From a bacterium (lineage in GTDB: Bacteria; Moduliflexota; Moduliflexia; Moduliflexales; JAUQPW01), in the NCBI GenBank assembly GCA_030550175.1, contig JAUQPW010000004.1, positions 21,211-85,210 of the forward strand: a stretch of 64,000 nt of DNA. The letters are read 5' to 3'. The notes under the pieces were generated by a model. The model saw nothing but the letters and a program-made list of their open reading frames with translations, was not told the origin of the DNA and made no database searches. Of the stretch, positions 19,710 to 31,165 are shown in pieces. How positions within the stretch are numbered: the stretch's first letter is position 1; the number at the start of each line of letters is the position of its first letter. The translations under genes were made by a program, and so were the position numbers.

Positions 19710-21116
19710 ATGATCGGGATTACCAGGTGGGGAGCTTATATACCCTATTATCGACTCGATGGGCAGACATTAAGTCAGGTCTGGGGGGAATCTTTTACCG
19801 GTGAGCGGGCCGTTGCCAACTACGATGAGGATAGCCTTACTCTGGCCGCAGAAGCAATCCGGATTTGTCTGAAGGGTGAAAATCCCAAAACCTATCAAGG
19901 CCTTTATTATGCTTCTACTTCGATGCCTTACCGGGAACATCAAAATGCCACCCTCCTGGCTACCGTTGGCGATTTAAGCACCGATCTATTTACGGCTGAT
20001 TTTAGCGGCTCCTTACGCGCCTCTACCCAGGCTTTTCGGGCCGCTTATGATGCTGTAAAGGCGGGCTCTGCAGATAAAATCCTTGTAGCCGCCTCGGATA
20101 TCCGGCTTGGAGAACCCGGAAGTGGGTTTGAAGCGACCCTGGGAGATGCCGGTGCGGCACTGGCTATCGGAAAAGAAAGCGTCGTTGCGGAGATCCAGGC
20201 GTTTTATTCTTACTCCCAAGATTTTCTCGATCTCTGGAGAACGGAAGATCAACGATATGTAAAATCTGGCGATCAAAAATTTATTGAAACCTATGGATAT
20301 CGGACTTTTATAAAAAAAGCTTTAGAAGGGCTCTTGAATAAAATGGGCTTGAATAAAACCGATATTTCCAGAGTCCTCTTCTTTGCCCCGGATATCAAAA
20401 CCTTCCGCAGCCTCTCTCAAGATCTGGGACTTAAAAAAGAGGCCTATCTCCCGGATCCTCTCTTAAATACTATAGGATGTACCGGTACGGCTTATCCTTT
20501 TCTCTTGTTGATCGCAGCTCTGGAATTGGCGAATCCGGGAGAAAAAATTGTCCTGGTAAGTTATGGGTCGGGAAGTGATGCCATTTTACTCGAAGTGACA
20601 GAGAACATTAAGTCCCCAAGTGGAACAAGAATCCTGGCAGAGCAGTTGCATCGTAAGAAAAATTTGAATCAGTATGGAAAATACCTCCGATTTAGAAAGT
20701 TGGTTGAAGTTGAGCCACTAAATCCTTTTAGTTCTTTACCTGTCCTTTGGCGTGAAGAAAAGCAAAACCTTCGACTTTATGGTCAGAAGTGCCGGATTTG
20801 TGGGGCTATTCAGTATCCCCCGCGGTATGTGTGTTGGAAATGTAACACGCGAAATGCTTTTACGGAAGTTCGACTTAATCCGAGGGGAAAGATTTTTACT
20901 TTCACAAAAGATTATCTGGTTCCAACACCCAATCCGCCTGTAATTATGGTAACGGTAGATCTGGAAGGTGGGGGACGCTTCTACGCCCAAATGACAGACT
21001 GTGAACCGGATCAGGTTCATATAGGAATGGAAGTAGAACTGACCTTCCGTAAGCTTCATGAGGGGGAAGGATATCCCAATTATTTTTGGAAGTTTAGACC
21101 GGTTGTGACTACCTAG
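19710..21116 (+). CDS. HMG-CoA synthase-like domain fused to Zn-ribbon/OB-fold (DUF35)
   Basis: GAYIPYYRL, DEDSLTLA, SYGSG; C-terminal CxxC..CxxC and FRKL...YFWK. Confidence 0.85.
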   Translation: MIGITRWGAYIPYYRLDGQTLSQVWGESFTGERAVANYDEDSLTLAAEAIRICLKGENPKTYQGLYYASTSMPYREHQNATLLATVGDLSTDLFTADFSGSLRASTQAFRAAYDAVKAGSADKILVAASDIRLGEPGSGFEATLGDAGAALAIGKESVVAEIQAFYSYSQDFLDLWRTEDQRYVKSGDQKFIETYGYRTFIKKALEGLLNKMGLNKTDISRVLFFAPDIKTFRSLSQDLGLKKEAYLPDPLLNTIGCTGTAYPFLLLIAALELANPGEKIVLVSYGSGSDAILLEVTENIKSPSGTRILAEQLHRKKNLNQYGKYLRFRKLVEVEPLNPFSSLPVLWREEKQNLRLYGQKCRICGAIQYPPRYVCWKCNTRNAFTEVRLNPRGKIFTFTKDYLVPTPNPPVIMVTVDLEGGGRFYAQMTDCEPDQVHIGMEVELTFRKLHEGEGYPNYFWKFRPVVTT

Positions 21117-21235
21117 GAATCTGAATCCAGAAGTCAGAATGATAAAATTTAATGCCAGATCTCATTCGTTCCTTGACGATGAGATGATTTTTCAGCTTTA
21201 TTTTGAATTTCTGACTCCTGACCCAAGAGCTTAAA

Positions 21236-24200
21236 ATGAAATTACCTCGCCTTCTACCTTACTCGACGCTTGCACGCCTGATCATCATTATAGGCCTTTT
21301 AAGTTGTTTGTTTTTAAGTTATCTGCTCACCCGGATCCAGCCTCATTTCGGGTTGTACTGGATGGTTTTAGACCTACTTGCCATTACCCTTATAGTTCTC
21401 GCCTTTCTTCAAGCTCGTAAGGGCTTTTCTAAATCCCCCCCGGCTATGATCGTGGATATGAAGATAAAAGGATCTGCCAAGGATAGTTTGCTGACGGCAC
21501 ATATTCAGAATATTGAAAGCAAGATCAAACCCCAGAAAGATCTGCCTTATTTAGAAGACTGGGGAGAAGTGATCCCAACAGATCCCTTTTACGGACGGGA
21601 AAAGGAACTAAGTAAGCTAACCCGATGGATTATGACCGACCGCTGCCGCATAATCGCCCTATTGGGCATGGGAGGAATGGGTAAAACGGCTCTTTCAAGG
21701 AAACTAGTAGAACAAATTAAAGATCGATTTGATTTTGTCATCTGGCGTTCCCTCCGGCATGCCCCTCCCCTGGAAGATCTGCTAGGGGACTTTCTCCAAA
21801 TTTTATCCCGCCAGCAACAACCAGAGCGACGAAAAAGTATAGAACGGAGAATAGATCTCTTAATGGAGTGTCTCCAGAGACATCGTTGCCTGATTATCCT
21901 GGATAATTTAGAATCGGTCCTTTCCCAGGATGATGATTCAGACCATTATCCAGAGGGTTATGAACCCTATGGCTGGCTCATTCAGCGAATAGGAGAAATC
22001 TCTCATCAGAGTTGCTTGATCTTAACCGGTCGAAGGAAACCCAAAGAAATCTTTCACCTGGAGGGTAGGATCTCCCCGGTTCGATCTTTACAACTGGGCG
22101 GATTAAGACCGGCCGAAATTCGGGAAATCTTGAAAGATCAGAATTTATCCGGAACCCAGGAAGCCTGGATAACCCTGGTTAACCGTTATGCCGGGAATCC
22201 TTTGGCCTTGAAGCTTGTTTCTGCAACTATCCAACACTCCTTTGGAGGAGATATAACAGAATTTCTAAAGCAGGAGACCTCAAACTTTAACTTTGAAGAT
22301 ATTCAGGATCTTTTAAATCGGCAATTTAATTCCCTCTCCAATCTAGAAGAAGATATTCTCTATTGGCTGGCCATCGACCGTGAACCTGTTTCGATAAAAG
22401 AATTACTGGAAGACATGATCCATCCCGTATCCAAAGCGAAATTAAAAGAGGCTTTGGAATCTTTACAAAAACGATTTCTGGTTGAAAAAGATGAAAACGA
22501 ACGTTTTACACTCCAGCCTACCCTCATGGACTATGGGATTAATCGGTTGATAGGGCGGATTTGTGAAGAGATTTCCACAGAAACCCCCATCTTCCTCAAC
22601 AGCCATGCACTCCTTAAAGCCCAGGAAAAAGATTACATCCGAGAGAGTCAAATTCGGGTTATCCTTAAACCTACGGCCGATAGGCTTCTTAAGACCTTAG
22701 GTAGAGAAGTTGTCGAAAGTAAATTAGATAATATTCTATCAACCTTGCGAGAAAAATCTCCCCTTATACCTGGATATACCGGAGGGAATGCCCTGAATCT
22801 TTTAGTCCAGATGGAAAGTGATATAAGGAGTTATAACTTCTCGGACTTAACGATCTGGCAGGCTTATCTCCCAGGGGTCGTCCTGCACAATGTCAACTTT
22901 GCCCACGCAGACTTGAGTAAATCTGTTTTTACGAAAACCTTTGGAAGTATTTCTTCGGTTGTATTCAGTTCCGATGGAAAGTTTTTGGCCGGAGGGGGGG
23001 CCGATGGTGAAATTCGCCTTTGGCAGGTGGAAGATACCCGACTGCTTTTCACGTTTAAGGGGCATACAGGTTCTGTAATTTCCATTGCTTTTAGCCCAGA
23101 CAGTAGCATGCTAGCCAGTAGCAGTGATGATCAGACGATTAAATTATGGGATATTCAGACCGGTCGGTGTTTTCAAACCCTGCGAGGACATACCAACTGG
23201 GTAAGATCTGTGGTTTTCAATCCAGGTGGAAAAATTTTGGCCAGTAGCAGTGATGATGAAACCGTCAAGTTATGGGATGTCCGTACCGGGGAATGCCTGA
23301 GAACACTCCGGGGACACACAAATTGGGTATGGTCTGTGGCTTTCAGTCCTGATGGAAATATCCTGGCCAGTGGGAGTGATGATCAGACGATCCGACTATG
23401 GGATACCCATACCGGGGAATGTCTCAAAATGTTACAGGGACACACCGGTTGGGTAGGTTCTGTAGCTTTTAGTCCGGATGGGAACTTCCTGGCTTCTGGA
23501 AGTGCCGATCAAACCATAAGATTGTGGGATGTCCAGACTGGTCAATGTTTTAAAATTTTGCACGGCCATACCGATCGGATAAAGTCTGTTGCGTTCAGTC
23601 CTAAAGGAAATATGTTGGGTAGTGGTTCTGAGGATCAAAGCATCAAGTTATGGAGTATGAAAACGGGTGAGTGTCTTAGAACGCTCCAGGGGCATACTGA
23701 TTGGGTAAACGCAATTGCCTTTAGTCCTGATGGACATCTGCTGGCCAGTGGGAGTGAAGATCAAACTATTCGCTTATCAGAGGTTCGTACGGGCCAGTGC
23801 CTTAGAACTCTCCAGGGATATACCAACGGAATATGGACTATTGCGCTGAGTCCAGACGGAAGTATTTTAGCCAGTGGGAGTGAAGATCGACTGGTTCGGT
23901 TGTGGGATGCCCGAACAGGTCGATGCTTTAAAATTTTGAAAGGACATACGAAACGCATAAGGTCCCTTGCCTTCAGTCCTGATAACCGTATTTTAGCCAG
24001 TAGTAGTGATGATCGAACCGTTAAACTCTGGGATATCCAAACCGGTCAGTGCCTCAAAACTTTAAAGGGACATACTTCTCGGGTGAGGTCTGTGACCTTC
24101 AGTCAGGATGGGCAAACGCTGGCGAGTCGAAGTGCTGACCGAATTGTAAAAGTATGGGATGTTCGAACGGGCCTGTGCCTGGAGACTTTCCAGGGATGGA

Positions 24201-24685
24201 CCCGCTACGTCCGATCCGTTGCCTTTAGTCCGGATGGCAGTACCTTCGCCGGTGCAGGTGAAAATTACACCGTCGGTTTATGGAGCGTAAGCACAGGTCG
24301 ATGCCTTAAAACCTTCCGGGGACATTTGAGCCAGGTCTGGTCGGTCGCCTTTAGCCCGGATGGAAATATCCTGACCAGCGGAAGTGAGGATCAAACCATA
24401 AGGTTATGGGACGTTCCTACCGGCCAATGTCTTAAAACCTTGTATGGCCACCGCCACGGAGTTTGGTCCCTGGTCTTTGATCCTACAGGGGGTGTTTTAA
24501 TTAGCGGTAGTGAAGATGAAACTATTAAGTTTTGGGATGTTCAAACAGGTGAATGTCTCAAAACGCTGAGAAATGACAGGCTTTGTGAAGGAATGAATAT
24601 CACAGGAGCTAAAGGCCTGTCCGAAGCCCAGAAAGCAACTCTCAAGGCTTTGGGAGCCATCGAAAACCTGGAAAATGTCAGTTGA
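21236..24685 (+). CDS. STAND NTPase: two TM helices, NB-ARC, WD40 repeats
   Basis: Walker A GMGGMGKT, Walker [15 protein letters not shown]; 13 WD40 repeats of ~42 aa. Confidence 0.92.
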   Translation: MKLPRLLPYSTLARLIIIIGLLSCLFLSYLLTRIQPHFGLYWMVLDLLAITLIVLAFLQARKGFSKSPPAMIVDMKIKGSAKDSLLTAHIQNIESKIKPQKDLPYLEDWGEVIPTDPFYGREKELSKLTRWIMTDRCRIIALLGMGGMGKTALSRKLVEQIKDRFDFVIWRSLRHAPPLEDLLGDFLQILSRQQQPERRKSIERRIDLLMECLQRHRCLIILDNLESVLSQDDDSDHYPEGYEPYGWLIQRIGEISHQSCLILTGRRKPKEIFHLEGRISPVRSLQLGGLRPAEIREILKDQNLSGTQEAWITLVNRYAGNPLALKLVSATIQHSFGGDITEFLKQETSNFNFEDIQDLLNRQFNSLSNLEEDILYWLAIDREPVSIKELLEDMIHPVSKAKLKEALESLQKRFLVEKDENERFTLQPTLMDYGINRLIGRICEEISTETPIFLNSHALLKAQEKDYIRESQIRVILKPTADRLLKTLGREVVESKLDNILSTLREKSPLIPGYTGGNALNLLVQMESDIRSYNFSDLTIWQAYLPGVVLHNVNFAHADLSKSVFTKTFGSISSVVFSSDGKFLAGGGADGEIRLWQVEDTRLLFTFKGHTGSVISIAFSPDSSMLASSSDDQTIKLWDIQTGRCFQTLRGHTNWVRSVVFNPGGKILASSSDDETVKLWDVRTGECLRTLRGHTNWVWSVAFSPDGNILASGSDDQTIRLWDTHTGECLKMLQGHTGWVGSVAFSPDGNFLASGSADQTIRLWDVQTGQCFKILHGHTDRIKSVAFSPKGNMLGSGSEDQSIKLWSMKTGECLRTLQGHTDWVNAIAFSPDGHLLASGSEDQTIRLSEVRTGQCLRTLQGYTNGIWTIALSPDGSILASGSEDRLVRLWDARTGRCFKILKGHTKRIRSLAFSPDNRILASSSDDRTVKLWDIQTGQCLKTLKGHTSRVRSVTFSQDGQTLASRSADRIVKVWDVRTGLCLETFQGWTRYVRSVAFSPDGSTFAGAGENYTVGLWSVSTGRCLKTFRGHLSQVWSVAFSPDGNILTSGSEDQTIRLWDVPTGQCLKTLYGHRHGVWSLVFDPTGGVLISGSEDETIKFWDVQTGECLKTLRNDRLCEGMNITGAKGLSEAQKATLKALGAIENLENVS

Positions 24686-24879
24686 CCCTAAAGATCCCCT
24701 AACGGATTTTGGATATCCTCGCTTTAAAATTTGTCAGGTTTACCTTCAAATTAGCTTGACGTCTCCCCTGATAGCGTGGTACCTTCCCCCTAGAAGCTAT
24801 TACCTAACTTTTAAGAAATCCGTTTTCCCGGAGAAAACAGATTTCTTCCTTTACAATTTTAAATACGGAGCGTGTTCTT

Positions 24880-26145
24880 ATGAAAGCCAAGCTTGCTTAT
24901 GGAAAGACCGGGTTAGAAGTAAATTTGCCGGATGACCGGGTGACTGTGGTGGAACCTGAGTTTATTCCCGGCCTGGCAGATGAAAAATCGGCTTTTGTAG
25001 AGGCCTTAAGACATCCCATAGGGGCCCCACCTCTACGGGATTTGGTAAAACCTTCGGATACCGTGGCCATTGTCTTTTCGGATATTACCCGACCGACTCC
25101 TAATAAGAAGATTCTTCCTTGGTTGCTAGAAGAAATATCCCACGTTCCGCGAAATCAGGTGGTCCTTATTAATGGAATTGGACTCCATCGTCCTAATACC
25201 CGAGAAGAGCTGACGGATTTGATCGGCCGGGAAGTTATGGACAATTACCGGGTTATCAACCATGAGCCTCATAAAAAAGAGCTATTGACTTATCTGGGAA
25301 AGACACGATTTGGGGGAGATATTTGGATTAATTCGGAGTATTTAGAGGCATCGGTTAAAATTTTGACCGGGTTTATCGAGCCTCATTTTTTTGCAGGATT
25401 TTCAGGAGGGCCTAAGGCCGTACTGCCCAGCGTGAGCGGTCACGATTCTATCATGCATAATCATAGTGCCAAAATGATCGGACATCCCAACGCTTCGTGG
25501 GGAATTACCACCGGAAACCCCATCTTCGAGGAGATGCTAGAGGTTGCCCTGCTGACCCGACCTACTTTTCTGGCCAATGTTACCATTAACAGTAAAAAGG
25601 AAATTACCGGAGTTTTTGCTGGTGATTTGGTTCAGGCTCATGGTAAGGGAACCGAATTCGTTAAGAAGACGGCCATGCGTCCAGTGCCGGAACCTTTTGA
25701 TATTGTGATTACCACCAACAGCGGATATCCCCTGGATCTTAATCTCTACCAGGCCGTTAAGGGAATGTCTGCAGCCTCTCGAATTGTCAAGGAGGGAGGA
25801 AGTATTATCATTGTTTCTGAATGCTCCCAGGGAGTCCCGGACCATGGTAATTATGGCAAGCTACTTCAAATGCGGTCTACACCGGCTGAGTTGCTGGAAA
25901 TGATTAATGCTCCGGATTTCTCCCTGTTCGATCAATGGCAGGTCCAGATTCAGGCCATGATCCAGCTTAAAGCCAGGGTTTATGTGTACTCTCTTTTACC
26001 AGATGATGTGATCCAAAAATGTCAGCTTCTTCCCTGTCAAAATATCGAAGCAACCGTGGATCGACTTTTGAAAGAATATGGACCTCAAGCTCGAATAGCG
26101 GTACTTCCTCAAGGACCTATGACAATCCCTTATTTAGTGGAATAA
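24880..26145 (+). CDS. larA: nickel-pincer-dependent lactate racemase family protein
   Basis: DITRPTP, GLHR, IEPHFFAGFSGGPK, HNH, GYPLDLNLYQAVKG. Confidence 0.88.
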   Translation: MKAKLAYGKTGLEVNLPDDRVTVVEPEFIPGLADEKSAFVEALRHPIGAPPLRDLVKPSDTVAIVFSDITRPTPNKKILPWLLEEISHVPRNQVVLINGIGLHRPNTREELTDLIGREVMDNYRVINHEPHKKELLTYLGKTRFGGDIWINSEYLEASVKILTGFIEPHFFAGFSGGPKAVLPSVSGHDSIMHNHSAKMIGHPNASWGITTGNPIFEEMLEVALLTRPTFLANVTINSKKEITGVFAGDLVQAHGKGTEFVKKTAMRPVPEPFDIVITTNSGYPLDLNLYQAVKGMSAASRIVKEGGSIIIVSECSQGVPDHGNYGKLLQMRSTPAELLEMINAPDFSLFDQWQVQIQAMIQLKARVYVYSLLPDDVIQKCQLLPCQNIEATVDRLLKEYGPQARIAVLPQGPMTIPYLVE

Positions 26146-26239
26146 CCCGACCCGTTCATTGTTCTTTGTAAACGACCCGGGATTAAAAGGGGGATAATCC
26201 GTAGACAACAGACAATGGACAAAGGGCAAAGATGGTTTT

Positions 26240-26581
26240 ATGATACATATCCTTTTACGTTGGTTATTGTCGGCTGTGTCCTTTATTATTGTGGCGAAGA
26301 TCTTGCCGGGATTTCGGCTTAAAGATTTTCAAAAAGCTTTGGCTGCTGCCGCAGTTTACGGGATTCTCCAGTTCCTTCTGTTTAAACTTCTGGTGATTAT
26401 CAGCTTTATTCCGGTTATCTTGACCTTTGGACTCTTTGTATTTGTGATCAATGCGTTTCTTCTCTATCTGACCGATGTGCTGGTGGAAGGATTTGAAATC
26501 GATAATGCTCTTACCACTCTGATCGGAGCGGTTCTTTTGAGCCTGTTGAACAATTTATTTTACTTCATACTCCGAGTCTAG
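26240..26581 (+). CDS. YvlD / phage-holin-4 family membrane protein
   Basis: Four TM segments, P..ILTFGLF.FVINA, V.GFEI signature. Confidence 0.82.
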   Translation: MIHILLRWLLSAVSFIIVAKILPGFRLKDFQKALAAAAVYGILQFLLFKLLVIISFIPVILTFGLFVFVINAFLLYLTDVLVEGFEIDNALTTLIGAVLLSLLNNLFYFILRV

Positions 26582-26644
26582 AAGTAACTCAGGTTCCAAA
26601 GGGATACTCACGATATATTGCACCTTAAAAAGCCCGTTTTATCC

Positions 26645-27022
26645 TTAACATTCTATAAGAGCCTGGGCAATGGCATAATCTCCATCGTGGGATAAACTAA
26701 TCAGTACTTGCTTGACCTGGAGCTCCCCGGCAAGCTCCCGGCATTTACCGGAGAGCTTGACCTGGGGTCGACCCTCTTCATCATTGAACACCTCTACATC
26801 ATGCCAGGTTACCCCTTGACCCCAGCCGGTTCCAAAAGCCTTGAAAACGGCTTCCTTGGCTGCAAATCGCACCGCATAATGTTGAATTTTTAATGCCTTG
26901 CCGGAACAGTATTCAATTTCCCGAGGGGTAAAAACTCGTTCGAGAAATCGCTTTCCCCTTCGATTCACAACCTCCTCTAATCTGGAGATACGAACCAGAT
27001 CGATACCTATACCGTAAATCAT
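26645..27022 (-). CDS. acpS: holo-ACP synthase
   Basis: GIGIDLV, RFAAKEAVFKA, ISLSHD. Confidence 0.95.
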   Translation of the reverse strand: MIYGIGIDLVRISRLEEVVNRRGKRFLERVFTPREIEYCSGKALKIQHYAVRFAAKEAVFKAFGTGWGQGVTWHDVEVFNDEEGRPQVKLSGKCRELAGELQVKQVLISLSHDGDYAIAQALIEC

Positions 27023-27034
27023 AGATAGAGGGCT

Positions 27035-27457
27035 TTATTTTTTAAATAACCGGGTTTTTAAAAAACTAACCAGACAAAAAATGCCCACGGCCAAAACACC
27101 GCCCACAAAATCGGCGGCTATATCGTGAACGCTAAATTCTCGATGCGGAACAAAAAATTGATGAATCTCATCCGAGATTCCATACAGGGTCGTTGTCCAT
27201 AGGGTAAGTAAGTACCAGGCGCCCCGATGGATGGGAGTGGTACCCATCGAGAAACTCCGAAGAAGAAGTATACCTAACAAGAAATACTCGATGGTATGCA
27301 AGAGATAATCGGGGGCCTTCTGGGGTATCGGCGGATAGGATAGAGAAGATAGATAAAAAATAACTGCCATATAGATAAAACTGGGGGTCCATGCGTAAAG
27401 AAAATACAAGGCCTTATTCCGTCGAAGCCGGTTAAGATAGGATTGGGTTAAATCCAT
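27035..27457 (-). CDS. VanZ family membrane protein
   Basis: H..EY..L, YGISDEIHQFFVPHR...DIAAD. Confidence 0.85.
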   Translation of the reverse strand: MDLTQSYLNRLRRNKALYFLYAWTPSFIYMAVIFYLSSLSYPPIPQKAPDYLLHTIEYFLLGILLLRSFSMGTTPIHRGAWYLLTLWTTTLYGISDEIHQFFVPHREFSVHDIAADFVGGVLAVGIFCLVSFLKTRLFKK

Positions 27458-27545
27458 GTTAAGAACCTACGGTGAGTTTTCACCGTTGTCAACCTCGTGA
27501 CGTCGATAAAAAGTTTTTAGAAATTTCTTGCCAGTTCAGGTAGTA

Positions 27546-27697
27546 CTTTGTAAAGTTAAATTCGAGTAACCATTCTGTCCTCACCTCCGGCCCCTCTCCT
27601 GAAGCTTAGGGAGAGAGGGCACTTGGGGAGTTGATCCGGAGATTTGCCGACTTCCCCTCTCCTACAGTGTGGGAAAGGGGCCGGAGGTGAGGGTGAG
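27546..27697. repeat. palindromic intergenic repeat, homolog of the 2923 copy
   Basis: Starts CTTTGTAAAGTTAAATTCGAGTAA; same two-hairpin layout. Confidence 0.85.
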
Positions 27698-27749
27698 CAA
27701 TTCCGTTTAAAGATCCTAACCCGCTCATCCTAACAAAAGGAGATTGAAA

Positions 27750-28646
27750 ATGGCAGATAAAGACAGTTTGCAAGAAACGCACAATTTTTATTTAGATATT
27801 CCCATGGAAAATGAGCCGTTCAGGTTGCGAGGTTCCAATTCGCTGGACTGGGGGATGAAAAATCGATTATCAAAAATATTTTGTCCGGAAACCGGTCGTA
27901 CGGTGATGCTGGCCATTGATCATGGATATTTTTTAGGACCCACCACAGGGTTAGAACGGGTTGATGTGACGATCCTGCCCTTGCTTCCCTACGCCGATAC
28001 CCTTATGTGTACCCGGGGGATTCTGCGCTCCACCATTCCTCCAACCTTTACGAAGGGGATTGTACTCCGGGCCAGTGGAGGTCCTAGTATCCTTAAAGAG
28101 CTCTCCAATGAAGAAATTGCCGTTGATATTGAAGACGCCATTCGTTTGAACGTTGCAGCTCTTGCCGTCCAGGTCTTTGTTGGAGGTGAATACGAGACCA
28201 AATCGATTCACAATATGACTCGCCTGGTGGATCTGGGCCATCGGTATGGGATTCCGGTTTTGGGCGTTACAGCCGTAGGTAAAGAGATGGTTCGGGATGC
28301 AAAATACCTGCGCCTGGCAACCCGAATATGTGCAGAATTGGGTGCCTCTTATATTAAGACCTATTATGTTTCCGAAGGATTTGAGACCATAACTGCTTCC
28401 TGTCCGGTTCCCATCGTTATTGCTGGTGGAAAAAAAATTCCGAAACTCGAAGCCCTGAGAATGGCCTATCAGGCTGTTCAGCAAGGCGCCGCAGGGGTTG
28501 ACATGGGGCGAAACATATTCCAGTCTGAAGATCCTGTAGCCATGATCCAGGCTGTGAGAAAAGTGGTCCATGAAGACATAAAACCGGAAGAAGCTTACGA
28601 GTTGTGTTTGACTTTAGAAAATGAAAGAAAAAGAGAAGGAAGGTAA
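27750..28646 (+). CDS. lsrF: LsrF-like class I aldolase/thiolase
   Basis: [15 protein letters not shown], Schiff-base [20 protein letters not shown]. Confidence 0.88.
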   Translation: MADKDSLQETHNFYLDIPMENEPFRLRGSNSLDWGMKNRLSKIFCPETGRTVMLAIDHGYFLGPTTGLERVDVTILPLLPYADTLMCTRGILRSTIPPTFTKGIVLRASGGPSILKELSNEEIAVDIEDAIRLNVAALAVQVFVGGEYETKSIHNMTRLVDLGHRYGIPVLGVTAVGKEMVRDAKYLRLATRICAELGASYIKTYYVSEGFETITASCPVPIVIAGGKKIPKLEALRMAYQAVQQGAAGVDMGRNIFQSEDPVAMIQAVRKVVHEDIKPEEAYELCLTLENERKREGR

Positions 28647-28821
28647 GAATCTGTAATTTTACTTCCCTGTGAAAGGGTTAGGATCATATCCATTTGTGTT
28701 TTATAAGGTCTTTACCGGTAAAGAAATTTGTTTATCGGTATAAAAGCCATAACCCAATCAACCTCCGGGTATTGTTGAAGTGATTGATGAAAAGGATAAC
28801 CGTTTCTGAAGGTGCGAAAGA

Positions 28822-29628
28822 ATGAGATTGTTCTGGAACAATCTGCGGCAAGACCAACTACTGGAGTTATTCTTTATCATGCTGGCAAGTACCCATCAAC
28901 GGGCACTACTTCTTGATTACGACGGAACCCTGGCACCATTTCGTATCCAACGGGATCAAGCGACTCCATATCCCGGTGTACGTGAGGCCTTAGAGGCCCT
29001 CTTCGAGGCTCGTCACACTCGTATTGTCTTAATTACCGGACGGTGGATAAAGGATTTGCTTCCGCTTCTTGGACTCAAGCAACCTCTGGAGATTTGGGGT
29101 TCTCATGGTTGGGAACGTCTGATGCCAGACGGTACTTATGAAATAGCTAAATTGGATGAATGGGCTCTACAAGGCCTTACTGAAGCAAACGCATGGATCG
29201 AAGCAGAAGGTCTCAGAGACCGTTGCGAACAAAAACCTGCCAGTCTTGCTCTTCATTGGAGGGGATTAGAACTGAAGGCCGTTAAAGAAATGCGTGAGAA
29301 AGTTCTGAAGAACTGGTCACTGCTTTCTTGGGAGACAGGACTCACCGTGCACGAATTTGATGGTGGGATTGAACTTAGAGTTCCCGGAAGAAGCAAGGGT
29401 TTTGCGGTGGAGACAATTCTTTCGGAAATGGGGGAAGATACTGTGGTGGCCTATTTGGGAGATGATCAAACCGACGAAGATGCCTTTAAAGCTGTCAAAG
29501 GAAAAGGACTTGGTATCCTGGTTCGTGAAAAGTTCCGCCCAACCCGTGCAGATATCTGGCTAAAACCCCCTGAAGAATTGTTGGAATTTTTCTCGAATTG
29601 GGAGCAGGCTGGTAAAAAAGGAAAGTGA
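28822..29628 (+). CDS. otsB: trehalose-6-phosphate phosphatase
   Basis: HAD motifs LDYDGTL, GSHG, YLGDDQTDEDAF; adjacent to otsA. Confidence 0.92.
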   Translation: MRLFWNNLRQDQLLELFFIMLASTHQRALLLDYDGTLAPFRIQRDQATPYPGVREALEALFEARHTRIVLITGRWIKDLLPLLGLKQPLEIWGSHGWERLMPDGTYEIAKLDEWALQGLTEANAWIEAEGLRDRCEQKPASLALHWRGLELKAVKEMREKVLKNWSLLSWETGLTVHEFDGGIELRVPGRSKGFAVETILSEMGEDTVVAYLGDDQTDEDAFKAVKGKGLGILVREKFRPTRADIWLKPPEELLEFFSNWEQAGKKGK

Positions 29629-29629
29629 T

Positions 29630-31132
29630 ATGAAAACACAAGGGAGTCGCCTTATCATTGTATCAAACCGATTACCCATTGTTTTGACTCAAGGAGAAAA
29701 TGGGCAATGGAGTATCGAGCCTGGCTCCGGTGGATTGGTTACTGCGCTGGTTCCGATATTACGAAATCGTGGAGGAGTATGGATCGGTTGGTCTGGAATG
29801 GTGGAAGAAGAAAATGTAGATTTGGAAGAGCTTCTGGCCGATGCAACTAAAAAATCAGGATATACCCTTAAACCGGCCTCCCTGACAGCTGAGGAAAAGA
29901 GCAAATTCTATTATGGATTTTCCAATGAAATTATCTGGCCTCTCTTTCACGACCTTCAATCTCGTTGCAATTTTGATCCGACCTATTGGCTTGTTTATCA
30001 ATCAGTTAATCACAAATTCGCCCGTGTGATTGCTGAGAATATCAAGGAAAAAGATTTTATCTGGGTTCATGATTATCATCTGATGAACGTAGCGAAGGAA
30101 TTGCGTGCCATAGGAGTTACCTCCAAGATAGGATTTTTTCTCCATATTCCCTTTCCTCCATTGGATATCTTCATCAAGCTTCCGTGGCGATTTCAAGTTT
30201 TGCATGCCCTTTTGGAGTACGATACCATCGGATTTCAGACCTTACGGGATAGGCACAACTTTGTGCAGTGTCTCCGTATCCTGATCCGGGACATTACCTT
30301 ATATGGCAAAGGGCAAGTCCTTACGGGCCGTATTAAGAACCGAGAAGTCAGGATAGGTAGCTTCCCCATTAGTATTGACTATCGTGCATTCGCCAAACAG
30401 GCTACCTCCCAGGAGGTCTGTGAGAGAGCCCGATGTCTCCGTGAGGCTCTCCTGAATTGTCATATCATCCTGGGTGTGGATCGTCTGGATTATACCAAGG
30501 GGATTCCCGAAAGGTTGAAAGCCTTCAGGAATGCCCTCATCCGTTTTCCGGATTTGCAGCGGAAGGTCACACTTGTCCAGATAGTGGTACCCAGCCGTGT
30601 GGAGATTCCCGAATACTATGATCTTAAAGTAGAAATTGAACGTCTGGTGAGTGAGATCAATGGGCAGTTCACCCAACCTGGTTGGGTGCCGATTCATTAT
30701 ATCTTTCGGAGCCTGGAACGTACAGAACTCCTTGCCTATTACCGGGCTGCGGATATCGCCCTAGTGACTCCCTTGAAAGATGGGATGAACCTGGTTGCGA
30801 AGGAATACTGTGCCTGTAGTATATATGGAGATGACGTGTTGATTTTGAGTGAATTTGCCGGTGCAGCAGCTCAGTTACAGAGGGGAGCCCTTTTGGTGAA
30901 CCCTTATGACATTGAAGGAGTAGCCGAAGCAATTTATCGGGCCGTTAACATGAGTCAAGCTGAGAGACGATCTCGGATGCGGAAACTTCGTCGGTCCATT
31001 CGGGAACAGGATATTTTCTGGTGGGTAGACTCGTTTCTTCAAGCAAGTATTGCCCAGCATTTGGATGATTTTCCTCCCTTAGAGGGTTATGTGCCTTTAG
31101 ACGACTATTTACCTCAGGTTGACATCGAATGA
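29630..31132 (+). CDS. otsA: trehalose-6-phosphate synthase
   Basis: [38 protein letters not shown]. Confidence 0.95.
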   Translation: MKTQGSRLIIVSNRLPIVLTQGENGQWSIEPGSGGLVTALVPILRNRGGVWIGWSGMVEEENVDLEELLADATKKSGYTLKPASLTAEEKSKFYYGFSNEIIWPLFHDLQSRCNFDPTYWLVYQSVNHKFARVIAENIKEKDFIWVHDYHLMNVAKELRAIGVTSKIGFFLHIPFPPLDIFIKLPWRFQVLHALLEYDTIGFQTLRDRHNFVQCLRILIRDITLYGKGQVLTGRIKNREVRIGSFPISIDYRAFAKQATSQEVCERARCLREALLNCHIILGVDRLDYTKGIPERLKAFRNALIRFPDLQRKVTLVQIVVPSRVEIPEYYDLKVEIERLVSEINGQFTQPGWVPIHYIFRSLERTELLAYYRAADIALVTPLKDGMNLVAKEYCACSIYGDDVLILSEFAGAAAQLQRGALLVNPYDIEGVAEAIYRAVNMSQAERRSRMRKLRRSIREQDIFWWVDSFLQASIAQHLDDFPPLEGYVPLDDYLPQVDIE

Positions 31133-31165
31133 GGGAATGGTTTTATAGGACTTTGATAAGGATTT

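Noticed and set aside
22940..24570. CRISPR-like ~126-nt periodicity
   Set aside because: It is the WD40 coding repeat, degenerate at the nucleotide level, with no repeat-spacer structure
26240..26581. Prophage holin
   Set aside because: YvlD-type membrane proteins are common chromosomal genes; no phage genes nearby
27750..28646. AI-2 quorum-sensing (lsr) locus
   Set aside because: Only an lsrF-like gene; no lsrK, lsrR, lsrABCD or lsrG in the window
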